Assembly: GCA_963815115.1 (NCBI GenBank)
Contig: CAWFFN010000005.1
Location: forward strand, 224,001-288,000
Source: an uncultured delta proteobacterium
GTDB lineage: Bacteria > Desulfobacterota > Binatia > DP-6
Length of the DNA: 64,000 nucleotides
Direction: 5' to 3'
Part shown: in pieces, positions 58,580-64,000 of the stretch
Layout: each line of letters opens with the position of its first letter
How positions within the stretch are numbered: the stretch's first letter is position 1
Translations under genes and position numbers: made by a program
The notes under the pieces: model-generated
The model's input: only the letters and a program-made list of their open reading frames with translations
Database searches by the model: none
Told to the model about the DNA's origin: nothing

Positions 58580-59993
58580 ATGCACGACGGCCTGCTCGTG
58601 ATCGATGCCGATGCGCACAAGATGGAGAACCCGATGGTGTTCTTCGACTACCTGGACGCCCCGTACCGCGGGCGGCTCGCCTCGCGCACCGACCGCCACG
58701 GGCAGCCCCGCCTCGTGATCCGCGACGTCGACCCGCGCACCGGCCGGCCGGAGCTCGAGCGCGTCTTCCCTCAGCCGGAGGGACCCGGCAAGGGCGCGTT
58801 CGCCGCGATCCATCCCGAGACCGCCATCGGCGGCGTCTTCAACCGCATCCGCATCGAGCACATGGACCGCGAGGGGATCGATGCACAGGTCCTCTACGGC
58901 TCGATGACGCTGAGCTTCGAGGCCATCCTCGACCCCGAGCTGGCCGTCGCCTGCATGCGGGCCTACAACCGCTACATCGCCGACGACTGTCGGGCCTGGC
59001 ACGGGCGGCTCTTCCCGGTGGGGTTCATCTCGCTGGCGGACGTCGGCGAGGCGGTGCGCGAGGTCCGGCGCTGCATCGACGAGCTGGGGATGATCGGCGT
59101 GCACCTGCCGCCGAGCGTTCCGGTGCCGCATCCGGAGGCGCGCGACGCCTTTCCGCGCATCCGCCTGCCGAAGCACCTCTGCCACCCGGACTTCCACCCC
59201 GTCCTGGCGGCCGCCGCCGAGCTCGACGTCGCGGTCGGTGTGCACGGCTCGCCCGGCGTCTACCTGCCGTCCGGCATCGCCGAGCAGGTGGACACCTTCA
59301 TCCTGTCGCACATCTTCGGACACCGGAACCAGATGCAGATGGCGCTGGCGACGTGCGTCTTCGAGGGCCTGTTCGACCGCTTCCCGACGCTCCGCCTGGG
59401 CTTCCTCGAAGCGGGCTGCGGCTGGCTGCCCGACCTGGTGCACGCCTTCCACGAGCACTGGGAGAAGCGCATCCGCGACTTCGATCCTTCGATCCGCATG
59501 CCGCGCGGGCGCTTCGCCAGCGAGCTCCTGCGGGAGCGCGTCGGAGCGGACGCGCAGGCGCCATCCCTGGCGCAAGCTGCGCCAGGCGGTCCACCTCTAC
59601 CGGCGCACCTCCCGCGAGCAGCGCGCGGCCGACACCGACGCCTTCCTCTACGAGCATCGCGCCCTGGATCACGACCCGGTCGACTTTTTCCGCCGCGGAC
59701 AGGTGTTCGTCAGCTTCGAGTCCGACGATCCGGCGCCCGCGTACCTGCGCGAGGCGCTCGGCGAGTGGGGCGAGGACGTCGCGTGCTTCAGCGCCGACTA
59801 CGGTCACTGGGACGGCGTGCTGACCGACTGCGTGCGCAGCGTCGCCCGCGCCCGGCCGTACGCCCGCGAGCACCTGCAGAAGCTGCTCGCGGGCAACTGC
59901 CTGCGCTTCTACGGGCGGCGGCTGGAGTTGGGGGTTCGGGAACCCCTGGCAGGAGAGGGTCTTCCTGCCGCAGGTGAGCGCGGAGGAGCCTGA
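58580..59993 (+). CDS. Amidohydro_2 family metal-dependent hydrolase; apparent frameshift near 59540
   Basis: IDADAH, MDREGID, YNRYIAD, VHG, FLEAGCGW; the second frame supplies FSADYGHWD..GNCLRFY. Confidence 0.88.
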
Positions 59994-60055
59994 GCTATCG
60001 GACTCGTGGACGGGCATCACCCGCGTAATACCGTCGTCTCTGGCGTCCAGGGGGT

Positions 60056-60487
60056 TCAGCCCCGCACGGCGCGCGAGGGGACGATGTCGAACCGCCGTCG
60101 CCCGTCGATTCGGTAGGTCTCGAAATCGTCGTGGTCGATGGTGAAGACCGTCTTCAGCGACTCGCGCTGCGCCAGATGGACCAGCGTGGCGTCGGTGAAG
60201 TCCATCGGGCGGTCGTGGTAGCGCTTCATGAGCGTCTCGAGGGCGGCGAGATCGGTGTCGTCGATCGGCAGCACCGTCAACACCCCGGATCGGATGAGGG
60301 TCCACGCTCCCGTGATCGCGCGACGGTCGTCCCCGAGCAGGTGAAAGACCTCGGTCAGCACCGCCGCGGAGGTCGCGAGAGGCATACGAAGACCGCGGAA
60401 CGCGGAGACGCACCTGGCATGCCATTCGTCGCGCGCGTCGAGGAGGGCCACGATCGGACCGGTGTCGATCAGGGCGCTAGCGGGCAC
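60056..60487 (-). CDS. vapC: PIN-domain (VapC) toxin
   Basis: LIDTGP, VLTE, MDFTDATLV, FTIDHDDF. Confidence 0.93.
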   Translation of the reverse strand: MPASALIDTGPIVALLDARDEWHARCVSAFRGLRMPLATSAAVLTEVFHLLGDDRRAITGAWTLIRSGVLTVLPIDDTDLAALETLMKRYHDRPMDFTDATLVHLAQRESLKTVFTIDHDDFETYRIDGRRRFDIVPSRAVRG

Positions 60488-60758
60488 GCCGCGCCTTCAG
60501 CCGCTCACGAACGAGCCGGCGCACCTCCTGGCTGCGGCCCGGGTTGTCGCCACGGATGGTGCCGAAGCAGCGAGCAGCTGCCGCGTGGAGGCGGGCCTGT
60601 TCGCCATCGTCGGTGCCGGACCGCGTACGTCGCAGCCAGTCGTCGACGACGTGCGAGAGCAGCGCAGCGACCGTGCGCCGCTCACGCCGGGCGGCGTCTT
60701 CGAGGGCGCGTTTGAGGTCCGGGGCGAGTCTCCAGCTGTACACCTCGCTCTTGGCCAT
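60477..60758 (-). CDS. Ribbon-helix-helix antitoxin (VapB-like)
   Basis: YSWRLAPDLKRALEDAARRE; overlaps the toxin start. Confidence 0.8.
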   Translation of the reverse strand: MAKSEVYSWRLAPDLKRALEDAARRERRTVAALLSHVVDDWLRRTRSGTDDGEQARLHAAAARCFGTIRGDNPGRSQEVRRLVRERLKARRAR

Positions 60759-60794
60759 GCACTACAGTGTAGTGCACGTTGCGGAAGTGCACAA
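60758..60794 (-). promoter_or_regulatory. Leaderless promoter with palindromic operator of the vapBC operon
   Basis: TTGTGC-N17-TACACT-N7-ATG; perfect palindrome TGCACTACA-g-TGTAGTGCA at 60758-60776. Confidence 0.8.
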
Positions 60795-60861
60795 GAGCCG
60801 AGCGGCGGCCCGGCACCTGATCTTGCCGCGCCAGGCGGCCTTCCGCTAGACGAACGAACGC

Positions 60862-62043
60862 ATGTTTGGTCTGCTCTACACCGCCGAGGAGGAGGCGTTC
60901 CGCGCCGAGATCCGTGGCTGGCTCGCAGGTCACCTGCCGCCCACGCCGCCTCCGGAGGACGAGGAGGAGCGGCGCACGTTCCAGCGGGCCTGGCAGCGCG
61001 AGCTGGCGGAGGCGGGCTGGGTCGGCATCCAGTGGCCGCGGGCGCACGGCGGCCGGGGCGCGACGCTGAAGGAGCAGATCATCTTCACGGAGGAGATGGC
61101 CCGGGCGCGCGCGCCGGAGATTCTGGACGCGGTCGCGGTGAACATCGTCGGCTCGGTGCTGATCGACGCCGGCAGCCCGGCGCAGCAGCAGCGCCACCTG
61201 CCGCGCATCCTGCCGGCGGACGACGTGTGGTGTCTCGGCTTCTCCGAGCCGAACGCGGGCTCCGACCTGGCGTCGCTACGCTGCCGCGCGCGACGCGACG
61301 GCGACCACTGGATCGTCGACGGGCAGAAGGTGTGGTCGAGCAAGGCGCACTTCGCCGACTGGCTGCTCCTGCTCGTGCGCAGCGATTCGAGCGCGCCGCG
61401 CCATCGCGGCCTGAGCTGCCTGATCGTCGACATGAGGAGTCCCGGCGTCACCTGGCGCCCCTTGGTGCAGATCAGCGGCCGCCGGGAGTTCAACGAGGTG
61501 TTCCTGGAGGGCGTCAGGGTGCCGGTCGAGAACACGGTCGGCCCCGTGAATGGCGGATGGCCGATCATCCGACGGGCCCTCGCGCACGAGCGCGGCACGC
61601 TGTGGGCGTTCGATTTCAAGATCCGCCTGCAGAACGGCGCCCTCGCGCTCGCCGACCTCTACCGGCGCGTGCGCGCCGGCGGCGCGGGGCGCGGGGATCT
61701 CGCGGCGCTGCGCCAGCAGGTGTCGCAGGCGCACGTCGAGTCGGAGGTGTTCGCCGCGCACACCTTGCGCCTCCTTCCGCGGCTGCATGCCGGAGAAGAC
61801 GCGGGAGCCGATGCCGCGCTCCAGAAGCTCTTCGGCAGCGAGATCCAGCAACGCGCGTGCGAGCTGTCGATGCAGCTCGAGGGCGCGTACGCGCAGCTCG
61901 CCATGGGCGAGGCGTGCGCGATCGACCGGGGCGAGTGGCAGGAGCGCTATCTCTACTCGCGCTCGGTCACGATCTCGTCGGGCACCTCGGAGGTGCTGCG
62001 CAACTTGATCGCCCAGCAGGCCCTGGGGCTGCCGCGAGGCTGA
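60862..62043 (+). CDS. Acyl-CoA dehydrogenase
   Basis: WCLGFSEPNAGSDLA, GQKVWSS, ISSGTSEVLRNLIA. Confidence 0.95.
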   Translation: MFGLLYTAEEEAFRAEIRGWLAGHLPPTPPPEDEEERRTFQRAWQRELAEAGWVGIQWPRAHGGRGATLKEQIIFTEEMARARAPEILDAVAVNIVGSVLIDAGSPAQQQRHLPRILPADDVWCLGFSEPNAGSDLASLRCRARRDGDHWIVDGQKVWSSKAHFADWLLLLVRSDSSAPRHRGLSCLIVDMRSPGVTWRPLVQISGRREFNEVFLEGVRVPVENTVGPVNGGWPIIRRALAHERGTLWAFDFKIRLQNGALALADLYRRVRAGGAGRGDLAALRQQVSQAHVESEVFAAHTLRLLPRLHAGEDAGADAALQKLFGSEIQQRACELSMQLEGAYAQLAMGEACAIDRGEWQERYLYSRSVTISSGTSEVLRNLIAQQALGLPRG

Positions 62044-62047
62044 GCGG

Positions 62048-62729
62048 TCAGCCGAGGGTGACGGCGCGCGCGGCGGCGGTGAGGTCGCGCGTCGGCGTCC
62101 GGCAGGGCAGGCCCGCGCGGTAGAGATAGCGCGTGACGCGCAGCGCCCGATCGAGCGCGACCACGGTCGACGACACGGTCCCGTAGGCGTCTCCGTGGTG
62201 ACAGAGGCAGACGTCGGCGTCCGCGCCGTGGGTGGTGAGGAGATCGAAGCCGGGCGGCGCGCCTTCGAGGAGCGATGCGGCGTACCGCGCGCGCGTGCTC
62301 TCACCATGCGCGAACGGAGCGTTGACGATGACGTGCAGCCCGGCGAGCGAGCGGCGTCGGCCCGAGGACCGTGCCGTCACCGAGGTGCGTCAGCACGCGC
62401 GCGCCCGCGTCGTCGACGACGAGCAGGTTGAAGGCGCTGTACGGGCTCAGGTCGCGGGGCAGGGTGCCCGCGACCGCGGCCAGGGGGAGCTGACCGCGGC
62501 TCGGCGCGTCGGGCCGGCGCGCCGCGCCCGCGATGTTGGTGACGGCGGCGAGTCCCCGGCGGCCGACGGCGAGCCAGGTGCCGCCGGCGAGACGATCGCG
62601 CCCGGCGAACACCCCGGGCGCGATCTCCGCCGGGTCGTCTGCCGGCCGGTCGCGGAACTCGTCACGGTTGGCGGCGAGCAGGACGGCCTCGTCCGGGTCG
62701 GGTGCCAGGCGCAGCAGGATGGTGCACAC
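62048..62729 (-). CDS. NRDE/TANGO2 family protein; one apparent +1 indel near 62346
   Basis: MCTI, AANRDEF..RP, GRDRLAGGTWL, SRG.L, FNL; the second frame has YGTVSST. Confidence 0.88.
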
Positions 62730-62776
62730 GCGAGCGACGCGCTAACACGCGGGGCGGGGCCGGTCCACCCGCGCCG

Positions 62777-63655
62777 TCAGTCGTCGATCGGCGGCAGCGA
62801 GCAGGCGGCGCAGCGCTCGGCGCGGTCGACCAGGCTGCCGAGCGAGTCCTCGCACTCGTCGTCGAGCAGGCGAGGGATGATCGCGCCGGTGCGACGGAGC
62901 TTGAGCATGGCGAGGCGGACGAGGAAGCGCTGACGCTTCGGGCGCTGCACCTCCGCCGCGCGCTCGAGCAGATCGCGCGCTCGCGTGAGCCGGTTGGTGA
63001 TCGGGCTCGGGAGCCGCACGTCGTCGCAGCGGTTCGCGATGTCGTAGGGCGGCGGGACGCAGCCATCGAGGTCGCAGTCGTCGCCGTCGTGCGGAGGGGC
63101 GCACGCCGCGGGCGCCGAGTCGAAGAGCGGACCCTGATCGCCGCACACGCCGCCGTGCCCGTTGTCGTGTCGCACGCAGACCTCGACCTCCCCGGTGCAG
63201 AAGGCGCCCAGGGGGTCCTCGGCCCGGAAGGCGACGTGGTAGACCCGCCCATCACCCTCGCCGCTGCGCTCGGAGCGCAGCGCGACGACGCTCGTGCCGA
63301 TGCCGTCGGCATCGCCGCACGTGTTCCCGTCGCCCGTGGCGTCGACCGGCTCGTCCTGCGCCACGGCGGCCACCGTGACGACGACCGGGTCACCGTCGGG
63401 ATCGGTCACCCCGTCGATCGTGATCGGCACGAACTTGTGGTTCGGCGGCCACAGGGCGTCCGGTCCGGCGATGGCACCCGTGCAGTCCGGCGGCAGGTTG
63501 GGAATCTCGAGCTGACAGGCCGGCGAGCAGCCGTCGCCGGGTACGACATTGCCGTCATCGCAGGTCTCCGGCGGCTCGAGGACGCCGTTCCCGCACAACG
63601 CGTATGCAGCGGGCGCGAAGGCGAGGACGAAGGCGAAGAGCAAGGACGAACGCAT
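62777..63655 (-). CDS. Secreted protein with Myxococcus-type Cys-rich repeat (DUF4215), LWPPNHK Ig-like domain and helical C-terminus
   Basis: Signal peptide; CGNGVLEPPETCDDGNVVPGDGCSPAC; LWPPNHK..LRSERSGEGDGRVY. Confidence 0.85.
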   Translation of the reverse strand: MRSSLLFAFVLAFAPAAYALCGNGVLEPPETCDDGNVVPGDGCSPACQLEIPNLPPDCTGAIAGPDALWPPNHKFVPITIDGVTDPDGDPVVVTVAAVAQDEPVDATGDGNTCGDADGIGTSVVALRSERSGEGDGRVYHVAFRAEDPLGAFCTGEVEVCVRHDNGHGGVCGDQGPLFDSAPAACAPPHDGDDCDLDGCVPPPYDIANRCDDVRLPSPITNRLTRARDLLERAAEVQRPKRQRFLVRLAMLKLRRTGAIIPRLLDDECEDSLGSLVDRAERCAACSLPPIDD

Positions 63656-63838
63656 CCGCATGCGTCTCTGCATGCGAACCGCGTGCCAGTGGCCGGTGCG
63701 CCGGTCCAGCCCCACGGCGAGAGCGGCTCCGGCATCGCTGCGACATCGTGTCCGTGCGCGATTCTACATCGGTTCGCCGGGGCCATCCGTCCGCCGGGCG
63801 TGCGCGCGGTCGTCTCCCTGCGCTACAACGCCGGTGCG

Positions 63839-64000
63839 ATGGCGCAGCCTCTCTCTCGCCGCTCCGATCTTCTCGCCGACCAGGGAGCCCATCCTCCCTT
63901 CGGACACCGGCGCTTCGCCGCCGCCGACCCGCCGGTCCGAGCCGGCATCACGGGATCCGGTGCCGATCTGCTCCTGCTCGTCTGGTCGGCGACCGATCTG
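63839..64000 (+). CDS. Possible 5' end of a gene running off the window
   Basis: ATG 9 nt after TACAAC; frame open to the window edge; no recognisable motif. Confidence 0.35.
   Translation, partial: MAQPLSRRSDLLADQGAHPPFGHRRFAAADPPVRAGITGSGADLLLLVWSATDL

Noticed and set aside
59931-59970. Two small hairpins at the 3' end of the amidohydrolase as a REP element
   Set aside because: No second copy was found in the window, and short stems arise easily at high GC.
3475-59977. Many long overlapping ORFs in the supplied track (e.g. 3475-6903, 11148-13778, 16802-19447, 30550-33681, 57479-59977 N-part)
   Set aside because: Arg/Pro/Gly-rich shadow frames expected at this GC content; a recognisable protein occupies another frame.
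140-62360. Frameshifts near 150, 646, 734, 7380, 8045, 51254, 56014, 59540 and 62346 as programmed frameshifting or pseudogenes
   Set aside because: They are small indels with no slippery heptamers, some in homopolymer or GC runs, and the genes show no other decay. Sequencing error is the simplest explanation; read pile-ups would decide.

Overview
Very GC-rich bacterial chromosomal DNA. The gene content (acyl-CoA dehydrogenases, F420-type LLM, P450, Amidohydro_2, Cys-rich secreted proteins with Thr/Pro linkers) suggests Candidatus Binatota, which is an inference only. About 60 CDS are present; no rRNA, tRNA or CRISPR array was seen. Contents: an outer-membrane barrel-FecR-CHASE2 adenylate cyclase cassette; several secreted proteins; a rearranged zone at 6.9-12.2 kb with two copies of a structured non-coding element (one directly ahead of an IS110-type transposase N-terminus) and a ~0.5 kb imperfect direct repeat around foreign cargo; three type II toxin-antitoxin operons; metabolic genes; and a glycan island built on a methyltransferase-coiled-coil-GT-GT megaprotein plus three more methyltransferases. 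The best candidate new system is at 54.3-56.7 kb: an ECF sigma factor coupled to an anti-sigma-like/O6-alkylguanine transferase fusion, divergent from an adenylate cyclase-ogt operon, with matching back-to-back ECF-type promoters. About nine small indels split otherwise intact genes and look like long-read errors. All calls come from reading motifs by eye; no searches were run.
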